A DNA stretch of 64,000 bases from Acidimicrobiia bacterium (GTDB lineage: Bacteria; Actinomycetota; Acidimicrobiia; IMCC26256; JAENVU01), in assembly GCA_025361725.1 (NCBI GenBank), contig JANYJV010000010.1:6541-70540 (forward strand), written 5' to 3'. This document shows positions 49,604 through 60,097 of this stretch, piece after piece. Position 1 is the stretch's first letter. Each line of letters opens with the position of its first letter. Below the pieces are notes generated by a model. That model did not search any database, was not told where the DNA came from, and saw only the letters and a program-made list of their open reading frames with translations. Made by a program: the position numbers and the translations under genes.

Positions 49604-50479
49604 TTATGCGAGGACTCGTTTCCGGAAACCGGAGAGGCCGACGGCGAGGAACAACGCTGCAAAGCCTGCGACCGCGGGATAGATGGCCCAAAGGCTCATG
49701 TGCGGGCCTTTGGTCAACGCGGCGCGGAACCCTTCGCACATATACACGAGAGGGTTCACCAAGACGAGTTTTTGCAACCACGGGACGGCATGGAGCGACT
49801 GCCAGGGGTAGTAGATGCATCCCAGCATCGTGAGCGGCAGGACCACGATGCCGAAGAGCGCCGGCACCGTTCTCGGTTCGAATCGCGTCCCAAAGGCCAG
49901 CCCGAGGGAGCCGCACATGAAGCAGGCGAGCGGCGTCAGCGTCAGGAGCACTGGCCAGTCGATGTTCAGGTGCACGGGAGTGGCCGGCACGATGGTGGCA
50001 ATCGGGAACACCAGCGCCGCCGAGACCGCGCCGTACAACGCGCCCGCCGTCACTTTCTCGAGGGCCACCAGCGCCACGGGCATCGGAGCCAGGACCCGAT
50101 CTTCGATCTCGCGCGTGTACCCGAACTCCTGAACCATCGGCAGCGCCACCGACTGAATCCCCTGGAAGATGATGGCGAGGCCGACGACGCCGGCGACGAG
50201 TGCCGTCGAGAACTCTGCGGCGTGGCCTCCCCCACCGACACCCTGGCCGATCTTGGGGAAGACGTAGGCAAACACGAACACCAACAGCAACGGTTGGAGC
50301 AGCGTGCGCGGGATGAACTCCTTCGCGTTCTTTCGCAACACCACCAGGTCTCGCAACAACAGGGCGAGGAACGCGACTCGGGCGGCCGCGCGTGGGGACC
50401 GTGTCGGCACGAGGTCGGCGCGGCTCGGCGGCGCTCCGGATGCCGCACCAGTCGGCTCGTGTAACGCGGTGGCGGTCAT
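49604..50479 (-). CDS. ABC-2 type transporter permease
   Basis: Six-TM pattern, EFG..REIEDRVLAP, NPLVY; overlaps its ATPase gene. Confidence 0.88.
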   Translation of the reverse strand: MTATALHEPTGAASGAPPSRADLVPTRSPRAAARVAFLALLLRDLVVLRKNAKEFIPRTLLQPLLLVFVFAYVFPKIGQGVGGGGHAAEFSTALVAGVVGLAIIFQGIQSVALPMVQEFGYTREIEDRVLAPMPVALVALEKVTAGALYGAVSAALVFPIATIVPATPVHLNIDWPVLLTLTPLACFMCGSLGLAFGTRFEPRTVPALFGIVVLPLTMLGCIYYPWQSLHAVPWLQKLVLVNPLVYMCEGFRAALTKGPHMSLWAIYPAVAGFAALFLAVGLSGFRKRVLA

Positions 50480-51423
50480 TCGCGCAGGTCCTTTCCGGTG
50501 AGCTGAATGAACACGGTCTCGAGCGTCGGTGCGCTGGCCGAGAGATCGGTCACGGTGAACCCGGCGGCTTCGGCGACGTCGATGATCCGCGGCAGGATGC
50601 CATCGGTGCGCGGCGACCAGAGCCGAACGACACCGTCGGCCACCTCTACCTTGGACGCATCCGGGACCCCGCGGCGCAAGACTGCGGCGAGTTGTTCGAG
50701 GTCGCCCACCGCCGTGATCGTGACCATCGCCTCCACCCCGACCGACTGCTTCAACGCGCTCGGCGTGTCGGCCGCGAGGAGCCGTCCGTGGTCGATGATG
50801 GCGAGGCGGTTACAAAGTTGGTCGGCCTCTTCCATGTAGTGCGTCGTGAGGAGAATCGTCTGACCGTCTCGATGCAGCTCACCGAGAATCTCCCAGAGCG
50901 CTATCCGACTCTGGGGATCGAGCCCCGCGGTGGGCTCGTCGAGGAAGAGGATGGCGGGCCGGTGCATGATCGCCCGTGCCACCATCAGCCGCTGCGCCAT
51001 TCCGCCGCTCAGCGCAAGGACCGGTACGCGGGCGCGATCGGTGAGCCGAAACTGTTCGAGCAGCCGGTGCGCCTCGGCCTTCGCCGTCTTGGCGGTCATG
51101 CCGAAAAAACGTCCGTGGAAGTAGAGATTCTCGTAGACGTCGAGTGAGCGATCCAGTGTGTTGGTCTGGGGCACCACGCCAATGACTTGCTTGGCCCGCG
51201 TCGGGTGCGCCATCACGTCGACGCCGCCGACCATCGCCGTGCCGCTCGTGGGGATCACGCGAGTCGTGAGCATCCCGGCGGTGGTCGTCTTGCCGGCACC
51301 GTTCGGTCCGAGCAGACCGAAGATCTCACCCGAGCGGACTTCGAGGTCCAGATGGTCGACGGCGAGGATGTCGCCCGGATACACCTTGGTGAGTTGCTCG
51401 GTGCGAATCACCACGTCGTCCAT
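50476..51423 (-). CDS. ABC transporter ATP-binding protein (DrrA/NodI-like)
   Basis: GPNGAGKT, LSGGM, LDEPT, TTHYMEEA. Confidence 0.93.
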   Translation of the reverse strand: MDDVVIRTEQLTKVYPGDILAVDHLDLEVRSGEIFGLLGPNGAGKTTTAGMLTTRVIPTSGTAMVGGVDVMAHPTRAKQVIGVVPQTNTLDRSLDVYENLYFHGRFFGMTAKTAKAEAHRLLEQFRLTDRARVPVLALSGGMAQRLMVARAIMHRPAILFLDEPTAGLDPQSRIALWEILGELHRDGQTILLTTHYMEEADQLCNRLAIIDHGRLLAADTPSALKQSVGVEAMVTITAVGDLEQLAAVLRRGVPDASKVEVADGVVRLWSPRTDGILPRIIDVAEAAGFTVTDLSASAPTLETVFIQLTGKDLRE

Positions 51424-51478
51424 CGCGTCGAACCTACTGGCCGATTGCTCGCTCTTTTGCCTGAGTAGGTTCTCCGGG

Positions 51479-52360
51479 GTGAATCAGCCCCAGCACATCA
51501 CCGTCAACGACATCGATTTCGCATACCTCGAGGCCGGTCCGGCCGACGGTCCGCTCGCGCTCTGCATGCACGGCTTCCCGGATCACGCTCCGACGTGGGA
51601 CTTGCTGATGCCGCGGCTTGCGGACGCGGGGTATCACGTTGTCGCGCCGTGGTTGCGGGGCTACGCGCCAACGGGCTTGGCTCCCGACGGCAACTACCAA
51701 ACCGCGTCCGTGGCGCTGGACATCCTCGGACTGGCCGATGCGCTCGCAGGCGACGGAGATGCCGTCCTCATCGGTCACGACTGGGGTGCGATTTCTTCGT
51801 ACGCGGCCGTCGGGCACCGGCCGGACCGTTTCGCGAAGTTCGTTGCGCTTGCGGTGCCACATACGAGCGGTCTGATGTCGACGTTCTTCTCGCCGCAGCA
51901 GCTGCAGCGGTCCTTCTACATGTTCCTCTTCCAGACGCCACTCGCAGAGATCGCCGTGCCGATGGACGACTTCGCCTTCATCGACTACCTGTGGAGCTAC
52001 TGGTCACCGAACCATCCGCCGAGTGCCGAGTACATGCGCGCGCTGAAGGACACCCTCGGCTCACCCGGCAGCCTCGACGCCGCGATCGCGTACTACCGCT
52101 TCATGCTCGGAACCCTGCCGGGAGACCCCGCCCTGACGGACATCGGCGCGGCCGGCTCGGGACCGATCAACGTGCCGACCCTCTATCTTCACGGCATCGA
52201 TTGCGGCTGCATGGGCGTCGAGTCCGCCAACGAGGAACTGCTGCGTCCGAACTTCCCGGCTGGTCTGGACATGCACCTGATACCGGACGCCGGCCACTTC
52301 CTGCACCGAGATCAGCCCGAGGTCGTCAACGATCTCATCGTGAACTTTCTCGCCCGCTGA
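51479..52360 (+). CDS. Alpha/beta hydrolase (epoxide hydrolase-like)
   Basis: HGFP, LRGY, GHDWG, AGHF. Confidence 0.9.
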   Translation: MNQPQHITVNDIDFAYLEAGPADGPLALCMHGFPDHAPTWDLLMPRLADAGYHVVAPWLRGYAPTGLAPDGNYQTASVALDILGLADALAGDGDAVLIGHDWGAISSYAAVGHRPDRFAKFVALAVPHTSGLMSTFFSPQQLQRSFYMFLFQTPLAEIAVPMDDFAFIDYLWSYWSPNHPPSAEYMRALKDTLGSPGSLDAAIAYYRFMLGTLPGDPALTDIGAAGSGPINVPTLYLHGIDCGCMGVESANEELLRPNFPAGLDMHLIPDAGHFLHRDQPEVVNDLIVNFLAR

Positions 52361-52364
52361 CGCG

Positions 52365-53144
52365 TCAGGGGGCGGCGACCTTGTGGAGTTCGGGGTAGGC
52401 CTTGTTCATGCTGGCGCCGTCGACGAAGAGCGTGTCGCCGCTGACCCAACGGCCGTCGTCGCTCACGAGGAACAGCACAGCATCCGCAACATCATCGGGT
52501 TGACCGGCGCGTCCGAGCGGCGTGGATGCAACGTACGCATCGCGGATCGCAGGAACCACTTGGGTGAAGGCCGTGAGCGGCGTGTCGATAAACCCGGGCC
52601 CGATGCCGGCTACACGGACTCCAAACGGCCCGAGTTCCATCGCTGCGCACCGAGTGAGCATCTCGACACCGGCCTTGGCGCAGCAGTACGCGCTCATTCC
52701 CTCGGCCGGTACTCGCGCGTTGATGGACGCGATGTTCACGATCGCACCGCGTCCCGCTTCACGCATCACTCGCGCCTCGTGCTTCACCGACAGCATCACG
52801 CCCACCAGATCGGTCTCGATCACCGCACGCCATTCGTCGACGGGATGGTCGGCGATCATGCCGAAGCCGCCGAACCCGGCCGCGTTGACCGCGGTGTCGA
52901 GGGTGCCGAACTCGCTGACTGCGCGCGCCACCATCCGTTCGACGTCCGCCTCTGAGGTCACGTCGATCACTTCCGTCACCACTGCGTTGCCCAGTTCGGT
53001 CTGCGCCGCGATCAGCATCTCGGGATTGCGATCGGCGAGGACTGCTCGCGCGCCCTCGGCCACGAACCGGCGCGCGCATTCGAGCCCGATCCCCGATGCG
53101 CCCCCGGTGATCACTGCGACGCGACCTTCGAGTCGTCCAGACAT
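52365..53144 (-). CDS. Short-chain dehydrogenase/reductase
   Basis: TGGASGIG, YCCAK, PGFIDT, VDG. Confidence 0.93.
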   Translation of the reverse strand: MSGRLEGRVAVITGGASGIGLECARRFVAEGARAVLADRNPEMLIAAQTELGNAVVTEVIDVTSEADVERMVARAVSEFGTLDTAVNAAGFGGFGMIADHPVDEWRAVIETDLVGVMLSVKHEARVMREAGRGAIVNIASINARVPAEGMSAYCCAKAGVEMLTRCAAMELGPFGVRVAGIGPGFIDTPLTAFTQVVPAIRDAYVASTPLGRAGQPDDVADAVLFLVSDDGRWVSGDTLFVDGASMNKAYPELHKVAAP

Positions 53145-53226
53145 GGAGTGCTCTCCTTATTTGCTCTTGACCTGCAAACCGCGGCGGAGCGTATCGGCAC
53201 CCTGCGATACCCGGTACCGTGACCTT

Positions 53227-54162
53227 GTGCACGCGCATCACCACGGGGACGCCGACGCGACCTCAGGGGCGCGCCGGCGGGCGCTGACCTTCGCCCTCGG
53301 CGCCAACGCAGCACTCTTCGTCGGCCAACTGATCGCAGCCCTCGCGTTCGGATCGCTCGCGCTCCTGGCCGACGCCGCCCATCTCGCCACCGATGTCGTC
53401 GCACTGGCGTTGGCGTTGGTCGCCTTGCGCCTGGCCGGTCGGCCGGCGAGCGCGCGGTCGTCCTACGGCTGGGAGCGCGCCGAGGTCCTCGCGGCGCTCG
53501 GAAACGCGGTGCTGCTCATCGCTGCCTCGGGGTGGATCGTCTGGGAAGCCGTCCATCGGTTCTCGGAGCCGGAACGGATCAACGGGACGGCCGTTGCGAT
53601 TGTGGGTGCGCTCGGACTGGTGGTGAATGCCGGCAGCGCCTTCGCGGTGGCCAGAGTGCGCGGGGGAAATCTCAACCTGCGCGGCGCGTTCTTGCACCTC
53701 GCCGCGGACGCGCTCGGTTCGCTCGGCGTGATCATCGCCGGTGTGACCCTCGCGTTCACCGACGCCGATTGGATCGATCCGGTCGTCTCGTTGGCAATCA
53801 CCGCGCTGGTGGTCGGCTCCACGTGGTCCCTGGTGCGAGACGCTACGAGCGTGTTGCTCGAGCGCACCCCACGTGGTGTCGACATCAGCGAGATCGAGGC
53901 CGCGCTCAGCGCCGAGTCAGATGTCGAGGCCGTGCATCACATTCACGTCTGGTCGCTCGGGTCCGAGAACGCTGCGCTCTCGGCGCACGTCGTGCTTCGT
54001 GGTGAACCGTCGCTGCACGACGCGCAGTTGGTGGGCAATCGGCTGCGCACCCAAATCCAGAATCGGTTCGGCATCACCCACGCAACGATCGAACTCGAGT
54101 GCCACGACTGCGCCGACACCGTGCACGAAACCGCACCGGCCCACGGGCCACACTCTCACTGA
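53227..54162 (+). CDS. Cation diffusion facilitator (CzcD/ZitB-like)
   Basis: SLALLADAAHLATD, YGWERAE, HLAAD, HHIHVW, His-rich termini. Confidence 0.93.
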   Translation: MHAHHHGDADATSGARRRALTFALGANAALFVGQLIAALAFGSLALLADAAHLATDVVALALALVALRLAGRPASARSSYGWERAEVLAALGNAVLLIAASGWIVWEAVHRFSEPERINGTAVAIVGALGLVVNAGSAFAVARVRGGNLNLRGAFLHLAADALGSLGVIIAGVTLAFTDADWIDPVVSLAITALVVGSTWSLVRDATSVLLERTPRGVDISEIEAALSAESDVEAVHHIHVWSLGSENAALSAHVVLRGEPSLHDAQLVGNRLRTQIQNRFGITHATIELECHDCADTVHETAPAHGPHSH

Positions 54163-54842
54163 TGACCACGACCACCGGATCCCTCGACGCAACCGACATC
54201 GTCGGCCTGGAGACCAGCCCCCGTGCCGGACGTGGGCTTTGGGTGTTGCTCGTGGTCGTTGCGCTGGTGTTCGCCGGCGGCATCGGTTGGCGGATCGGCC
54301 GAGCCCAGGGCGAGCCGACGGTGCCGGGTCGCAGCTCCGTCGACGTCGGCTTCTTCCAGGACATGAGCACCCATCACAACCAGGCCGTCGGCATGGCGAT
54401 GACCTACCTCGCGAACGGAACTGTTCCGCTGTTGCGCCAGATCGCCGGCGAGATCGTCACGTACCAGTCGTCCGAGATCGGTGTGATGGGCGAGTACCTC
54501 ACGCGCTGGCACCAAGCCGGGACGGAAGGCTCGACGGCGATGGGTTGGATGGGGATGCGCACGCCCCGAGACCAGATGACGGGCATGGCCACGAAGCAGG
54601 AACTCGTCGCGCTCGGCGCGGCGCGCGGCGCGGACCTCGATCAGTTGTTCACCCGGCTCATGATCGATCACCACGTCGGGGGCGTTCAGATGGCGGAGTA
54701 CGCAACGAAGCACGCGACCACGCCCGAGGTCAAGCGGTGGGCGATCTCCATGGCGGACGGTCAGCGCGGCGAGATTGCCGAGCTGAACCAATGGCGAGTC
54801 CGCAACGGATTCCCGGCCGTTCGGGTCGACCTCAGCGCTTGA
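54162..54842 (+). CDS. DUF305-domain membrane-anchored protein
   Basis: FFQDMSTHHNQAV and FTRLMIDHHVGG double-His motifs; TGATG coupling to the CDF gene. Confidence 0.88.
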   Translation: MTTTTGSLDATDIVGLETSPRAGRGLWVLLVVVALVFAGGIGWRIGRAQGEPTVPGRSSVDVGFFQDMSTHHNQAVGMAMTYLANGTVPLLRQIAGEIVTYQSSEIGVMGEYLTRWHQAGTEGSTAMGWMGMRTPRDQMTGMATKQELVALGAARGADLDQLFTRLMIDHHVGGVQMAEYATKHATTPEVKRWAISMADGQRGEIAELNQWRVRNGFPAVRVDLSA

Positions 54843-55352
54843 TCAGGACTCGGAGGTGTCGTAGGGGCGTTGGCGCGGCTTCGCCGCCTCCCGCTTGGGG
54901 ACCATCACCTTGCGTTTGAAGTAGCAGACCTCTTCCCCGCGCTGGTTGTAGCCGAAGGTCTCCACACTGACGATGCCGCGGTCGGGCTTGCTCGAACTCT
55001 CCTTCTTCTCGAGCACGCGCGTCTCCGCGTAGATCGTGTCGCCGTGGAAGGTCGGCTTCTTGTGTTGCAACGTCTCGATCTCGAGGTTCGCGATCGCGAG
55101 CCCGGAGACGTCCGGCACGCTCATCCCGAGCACGAGGGAGTACACGAGGTTCCCGACCACCACGTTCTTGCCGAACTGAGTCTGGGTCTCCGCGTACCAG
55201 GCATCGGTGTGCAGCGGATGGTGATTCATGGTGATCATGCAGAACAGATGGTCGTCGTATTCGGTGATCGTCTTGCCCGGCCAATGCCGGTAGACATCGT
55301 CCGGTTCGAAGTCCTCGTAGTACCGCCCGAAAGGTCGCTCATACACCGTCAT
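54843..55352 (-). CDS. MaoC-family dehydratase
   Basis: GRYYEDF, KTITEYD, NHHPLHTD, PTFHGDT, NQRGE. Confidence 0.92.
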   Translation of the reverse strand: MTVYERPFGRYYEDFEPDDVYRHWPGKTITEYDDHLFCMITMNHHPLHTDAWYAETQTQFGKNVVVGNLVYSLVLGMSVPDVSGLAIANLEIETLQHKKPTFHGDTIYAETRVLEKKESSSKPDRGIVSVETFGYNQRGEEVCYFKRKVMVPKREAAKPRQRPYDTSES

Positions 55353-55464
55353 GGGCGTCGAGCGTACCGAGATCGGAGCGCAGCGCACCCAACCGAAGCG
55401 CGCTCGAACGGGGCCGAACCCTCGAATCGGAATAGAGCGCGGGGGCTCGGGGTTCTGGCCGCGC

Positions 55465-56481
55465 ATGAGTGATCTCGTGCTTCAGACCGTGCCGCTCGGC
55501 GACCAATGGCCGACGATCGACCCATTCCTGTTCTGCGCCCACCACAACGACAACTTTCCGGCGGGCAACGCGCAGATGGGACCGGCGGCGCCGCTCGACG
55601 GCCGCAACATCGGCATGGACTTCGACAGCATCGACGGCTGGAACATGTACCACGGCTCGGTCGTCCCCGGATTTCCCCAACATCCTCACCGCGGTTTCGA
55701 GACCGTCACCATCGTCCGCAAAGGCCTCATCGACCACTCGGATTCGATGGGCGCCGCCGCGCGCTTCGGGCGCGGCGACGTGCAGTGGCTCACGGCCGGT
55801 CGCGGCGTGGTGCATTCCGAGATGTTCCCCCTGCTTGACGACTCCGCCCCCAATCCGACCGAGTTGTTCCAGATCTGGCTGAACCTTCCCAGCGCCGACA
55901 AGCTCACGGACCCGTACTTCACGATGATCTGGGATCGGGACGTCCCGCGTGTCACGAGCGTCGACGACGCGGGACGCACAACCGAAATCGCGGTCGTCGC
56001 CGGCGCCCTCGGTGACGCCGACGTACCGACACCGCCACCGAACTCATGGGCCGCACGGCCAGAGTCGGACGTCGCGATCTGGTTGATCCGGATGGAGCCC
56101 GGCGCGCGCTACCTGCTCCCTGCGGCCGAGGGCGCGGACACGGTCCGCACGCTCTACTGCTTCGAAGGCAACGGACTGACGATCGGCGGGACCACCGTGG
56201 GTCCCAACACCGGCGCGGTGCTGGACCCGCACCAGGACGCACCGCTCACCGCGGGCGAGGAACCGGTCGAGTGTCTCGTCCTCCAGGGCCGACCCATCGG
56301 TGAACCGGTCGAACGCTACGGACCGTTCGTGATGAACACCCGTGAGGAACTCGAGCAGGCCTTCAGCGACTACCGAGCGACCCAGTTCGGTGGCTGGCCG
56401 TGGCCGACCGACGATCCCGTCCACGAACGAGACACTGAACGGTTCGCCCGTCACGTCGACGGACGGGTCGAGTCGGCGTAG
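55465..56481 (+). CDS. Pirin family protein
   Basis: DPFL, HPHRGFETVT, TAGRGVVHSE, GPFVMN. Confidence 0.95.
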   Translation: MSDLVLQTVPLGDQWPTIDPFLFCAHHNDNFPAGNAQMGPAAPLDGRNIGMDFDSIDGWNMYHGSVVPGFPQHPHRGFETVTIVRKGLIDHSDSMGAAARFGRGDVQWLTAGRGVVHSEMFPLLDDSAPNPTELFQIWLNLPSADKLTDPYFTMIWDRDVPRVTSVDDAGRTTEIAVVAGALGDADVPTPPPNSWAARPESDVAIWLIRMEPGARYLLPAAEGADTVRTLYCFEGNGLTIGGTTVGPNTGAVLDPHQDAPLTAGEEPVECLVLQGRPIGEPVERYGPFVMNTREELEQAFSDYRATQFGGWPWPTDDPVHERDTERFARHVDGRVESA

Positions 56482-56496
56482 TCAGGACCTGACGCG

Positions 56497-56531
56497 TCGA
56501 TCCGCCCGCCGGAAGCCGACGGGCGGATCGA
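56497..56531. terminator. 12-bp-stem hairpin between convergent genes
   Basis: TCGATCCGCCCG...CGGGCGGATCGA. Confidence 0.6.
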
Positions 56532-56550
56532 GCGCGGATATTCGTTCGGT

Positions 56551-57150
56551 TCAGGAGCCCATGGAGTTCGGGCTGATTCCGCAGTCCGAGAAGATCTTGA
56601 ACGTCTCCGAGTTGCTACTCAGCGCGTCCGACACAGCCTTGGACGTCTTGGAACTCGTGCCGACCAGCGAACTCGCGATCGCCTTCTTCACCTCGGCCTT
56701 CGAGAGGACCTTCTCGAAGAAGCAGCGAACCTTCGCCTTCGGCAGCTTGCCGAACGACGACGAGGTGCCTGCCTGCTTCATCACGAGATCGACGAAGTTG
56801 AAGCACTTCCCGTTCGTGATCACGCCGGCAACCTTCTCGGCCTGGACCGGCGAGAGCTTGGCCCCTGCGGCCTTGAACGGACCGTCCTTCGCGGCGAAGT
56901 CCTGCGGCGTGATTCCCTTCGCCTTCAGCGTGTCCACCCCGACCGCGTCGACCATGGCGGTGATCGCGCACTTGGCCTGGGTACGGGTGAAACCGTCCTT
57001 GGTCGCGGACGACCCGTTGTCGTAACTCTTCATCGCCGCGTCGACGTAGGGCTGACCGGCGCTTCCGGATGAACCACTCGTCGACGATCCGCTACTCCCG
57101 CACGCGGCGAGCAATCCGACCAGTCCGATGACCACGCTTCGACGCAACAT
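56551..57150 (-). CDS. Hypothetical lipoprotein (Lys/Ser-rich, internal repeat with Cys pairs)
   Basis: MLRRSVVIGLVGLLAAC lipobox; QAKC...GKC and KVRC...SDC halves. Confidence 0.75.
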   Translation of the reverse strand: MLRRSVVIGLVGLLAACGSSGSSTSGSSGSAGQPYVDAAMKSYDNGSSATKDGFTRTQAKCAITAMVDAVGVDTLKAKGITPQDFAAKDGPFKAAGAKLSPVQAEKVAGVITNGKCFNFVDLVMKQAGTSSSFGKLPKAKVRCFFEKVLSKAEVKKAIASSLVGTSSKTSKAVSDALSSNSETFKIFSDCGISPNSMGS

Positions 57151-57440
57151 TTCTCGACCTTCCAGCAGTTGAACATTGTCGTGTCCAAAAGGACTCGGCT
57201 CGTCCTGTCCACGGCTTGAGGATATGACGAATGCGGACCGGCGTCGGTCGATTCGGCGACCGCCGAATATGCATCGGTTTCGCACGTTTTGCCTCGCACA
57301 CCCATGCGCTTGCACCACCTTCGTCACGTCGCGTTCTGGGGCGGGTCGAGAGTTGCGTCGGCAAGTCGCCGGTCACCGACGGTCGGGATCATCGGAGTTA
57401 GGGTCGGTCCGTTGTCGATCCGCTCCGGGAAGCCAGTGCG

Positions 57441-58580
57441 ATGAACCGCGCGTCTGCGGCGCAAGCGACTCGATCTTTTGAACGGTTTCGTGCACCATGG
57501 CCGATGGTGCTGCCAGCGTGGGGCGTGGCACGCGTCCTTGTCGCCACAGCCCTCGTGACCGGTCACCTTCTCCTCGGCCATGTCGACGATCCCCTCGCCC
57601 GGGTGACGACCCGCCAGGGTCTGCTGGCGTGGGACGGCGCGTTCTACGCCGACCTCGCGCAGCACGGATACGCCGCCCTCCCACAGCCGGCGCTGCGTTT
57701 CTTCCCGCTCACCCCCCTGCTGGGACGCGCCGTCGGATGGGTCGGCGTCGGCCCACGCGTCGGCGTGGTGGTCGTCGCCAACCTTGCCGCACTGGTGGCC
57801 GGCTTCCTCCTCGTCCGGCTGGTTCGGCACGAAGGATTCTCCGACGACGTTGCCCGACGCGCGTCTTGGCTGCTGGCGCTGGCACCGGCGGCATTCGTCC
57901 TTGTACTCGGCTACGGCGAAGGCGTTTTCCTCGCGCTCGCGATCGGCATCGTGCTCGCGGCACGGAACCGCCACTGGGTCGTCGCGGCGGTGCTCGGCGT
58001 CCTCGCCGGGCTCAGTCGCCCGAGTGGATTCATCGTGGCCGTTCCGATCGCGGTCGAAGCGCTTCGGGCCCTGCGCGGAATCGCGCCGCGGGAACTCGCG
58101 ATTCGGCTTCTCGCAGTCCTGGCGCCCTTCGCGGGGACGGGCATGTTTCTCTGGTGGGTCGGCGATCGGTTTGGCGATGCGCTCCTCCCGTTCCGCGTGC
58201 AGACGCAGTCCAATCTCAAGGGCTCGTTCACGAACCCGGTCACGTCCATCTCTCACGCCGTCAGCGGCCTCGTCCACGGGCGAACGGTCGGTACCGGACT
58301 CCATGTGGTGTGGATGATCGCGGCGGCTGCGCTGGTCGTCGTCTGCTTCCGCCGGCTGCCTGCGAGCTACGGCTGGTTTTCGCTCGCGATCGTCGTGAGC
58401 GCGATGACGTCCGCGAACCTCGACTCATTCGAGCGCTATGCCCTCAGCGCCTTCCCGCTGACGATCGCGGTGGCGCTCATCGCGCACACCCGTTGGACCG
58501 GACGCCTCGTCATCGCCGGGAGCGCCGTCGCCATGACCGGCTACGCCACCCTCGCATTCCTGCACGCTTACGTGCCTTAA
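57441..58580 (+). CDS. GT-C mannosyltransferase (PIG-V-like) membrane protein
   Basis: WDGAFY..LAQHGY, FFPL.P, YGEG.F, SRPSG, ERY; many transmembrane segments. Confidence 0.85.
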   Translation: MNRASAAQATRSFERFRAPWPMVLPAWGVARVLVATALVTGHLLLGHVDDPLARVTTRQGLLAWDGAFYADLAQHGYAALPQPALRFFPLTPLLGRAVGWVGVGPRVGVVVVANLAALVAGFLLVRLVRHEGFSDDVARRASWLLALAPAAFVLVLGYGEGVFLALAIGIVLAARNRHWVVAAVLGVLAGLSRPSGFIVAVPIAVEALRALRGIAPRELAIRLLAVLAPFAGTGMFLWWVGDRFGDALLPFRVQTQSNLKGSFTNPVTSISHAVSGLVHGRTVGTGLHVVWMIAAAALVVVCFRRLPASYGWFSLAIVVSAMTSANLDSFERYALSAFPLTIAVALIAHTRWTGRLVIAGSAVAMTGYATLAFLHAYVP

Positions 58581-58582
58581 TT

Positions 58583-58902
58583 CCGCTCATGCGACAGCGC
58601 CGAAGCGAGCCCACGGCAACCCCAAGCACCGAGACGGCGAACGAAGGCGCCCAAGTGACCGTCGCAGGCCGCTCGGGCCCCGGCTCGGGGGCGCGGACTG
58701 GCGTCAGCGCGTGCCTCGCATCCCTCACCTTCGGAACTCCGCTCATGCGACAGCGCCGAAGCGAGCCCACGGCAACCCCAAGCACCGAGACGGCGAACGA
58801 AGGCGCCGAAGTGACCGTCGCAGGCCGCTCGGGCCCCGGCTCGAGGGCGCGGACTGGCGTCAGCGCGTGCCTCGCATCCCTCACCTTCGGAACTCCGCTC
58901 AT
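58583..58902. repeat. Repeat family C, 156-bp tandem (2 units)
   Basis: CCGCTCAT starts at 58583, 58739 and 58895; the units are almost identical. Confidence 0.95.
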
Positions 58903-58920
58903 ACGACGCCGGAGCGCAGG

Positions 58921-60072
58921 TCAGACCGCGTAACGCTGCAAGAGTCCGCGCGCGATCACGAGGCGCTGGATCTCGTTGGTCCCCTCGCCGATGATCATCA
59001 ACGGCGCGTCGCGGTAGTAGCGCTCGATGGGGAACTCCGTCGTGTAGCCGACGCCGCCATGGATCCGCATCGCCTCGGTCGCGATCTCGAACGCGGCTTC
59101 GCTCGCGAACAACTTCGCCATCCCGGCCTCCACGTCGGCGCGCGCACCTGACTGCTTCAGCGTGGCCGCGTGCTCGGTCAACAATCGTGCCGCTTGGAGC
59201 TTGGTACCCATGTCCGCGAGCTTGTTCTGGATCGTCTGGTGCTGCGCGATCGGTTTGCCGAACGTCGAGCGTTCCTGCGCGTACCGGATGGCATGCTCGA
59301 ACGCGGCGCGGGCCACGCCGACAGCACGCGCCGCGATGTTGATCCGTCCGACTTCGAGGGCACCGAGCATGAATCCCAGTCCGTGACCCAGTCCGGCGTC
59401 GCCACCGAGGACACAATCGGCCCCGATGCGATGCTCGTCGTAGAACATCTCGACGGTCTCGATGCCCTTGTAGCCGAGCTTTCCGATGTTCTTCGAGACC
59501 GTGATGCCCTCGAAGCTCGGACCGGGTTCTTTCTCAAGGATGAAACACGTGATGCCCTCGTCCGTGCGGGCCGCAAGCGCAACGATCCCGGCGCGTTCAC
59601 CGTTGGTCACCCAGGTCTTGGTCCCACTGACGATGTACTCGTCGCCGTCGCGCCGAGCACGACACGAGATGTTGCGGGTGTCGCTCCCTGCATCCGGTTC
59701 GGAGAGCGACAGACACCCGCGCGGCGCGCCCTGGGCGAGACCGGGGAGCCAGCGCGCCTGCTGCTCGGGGCTTCCCTCCCGCATGATGAGGCTCGCCGCG
59801 ATGGTGTGGGTGTTGATGACGCCGGACAGCGACATCCAACCGGCGGCCAGTTCCTCGATCACGGCGATGTACGCGAGGAGATCAAGACCGAGGCCGCCGA
59901 ACTCCTCGGGGATCGTGATGCCGAAGAGACCCATCGCTTGCATCTGCGCGACGAGGTCAGCTGGGTACTCGTCGGCGCGTTCGAGATCCCCGACGACCGG
60001 TAGCACCTCGCGCGCGACCCATCGCCGCACCGACGTCCGCAGCTCGTCCCGAATCTCTGGATCGGTACTCAT
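58921..60072 (-). CDS. Acyl-CoA dehydrogenase
   Basis: LSEPDAGSD, GTKTWVTN, IHGGVGY, IGEGTNEIQR. Confidence 0.95.
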   Translation of the reverse strand: MSTDPEIRDELRTSVRRWVAREVLPVVGDLERADEYPADLVAQMQAMGLFGITIPEEFGGLGLDLLAYIAVIEELAAGWMSLSGVINTHTIAASLIMREGSPEQQARWLPGLAQGAPRGCLSLSEPDAGSDTRNISCRARRDGDEYIVSGTKTWVTNGERAGIVALAARTDEGITCFILEKEPGPSFEGITVSKNIGKLGYKGIETVEMFYDEHRIGADCVLGGDAGLGHGLGFMLGALEVGRINIAARAVGVARAAFEHAIRYAQERSTFGKPIAQHQTIQNKLADMGTKLQAARLLTEHAATLKQSGARADVEAGMAKLFASEAAFEIATEAMRIHGGVGYTTEFPIERYYRDAPLMIIGEGTNEIQRLVIARGLLQRYAV

Positions 60073-60097
60073 CGTCGCATCCTACGAACCCAAGAAT

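Noticed and set aside
57150-57440. c-di-GMP-I riboswitch upstream of the lipoprotein (GGCAAAAC...GAAA on the minus strand)
   Set aside because: The required P1 pairing and following GACGCAAAGCC segment are absent.
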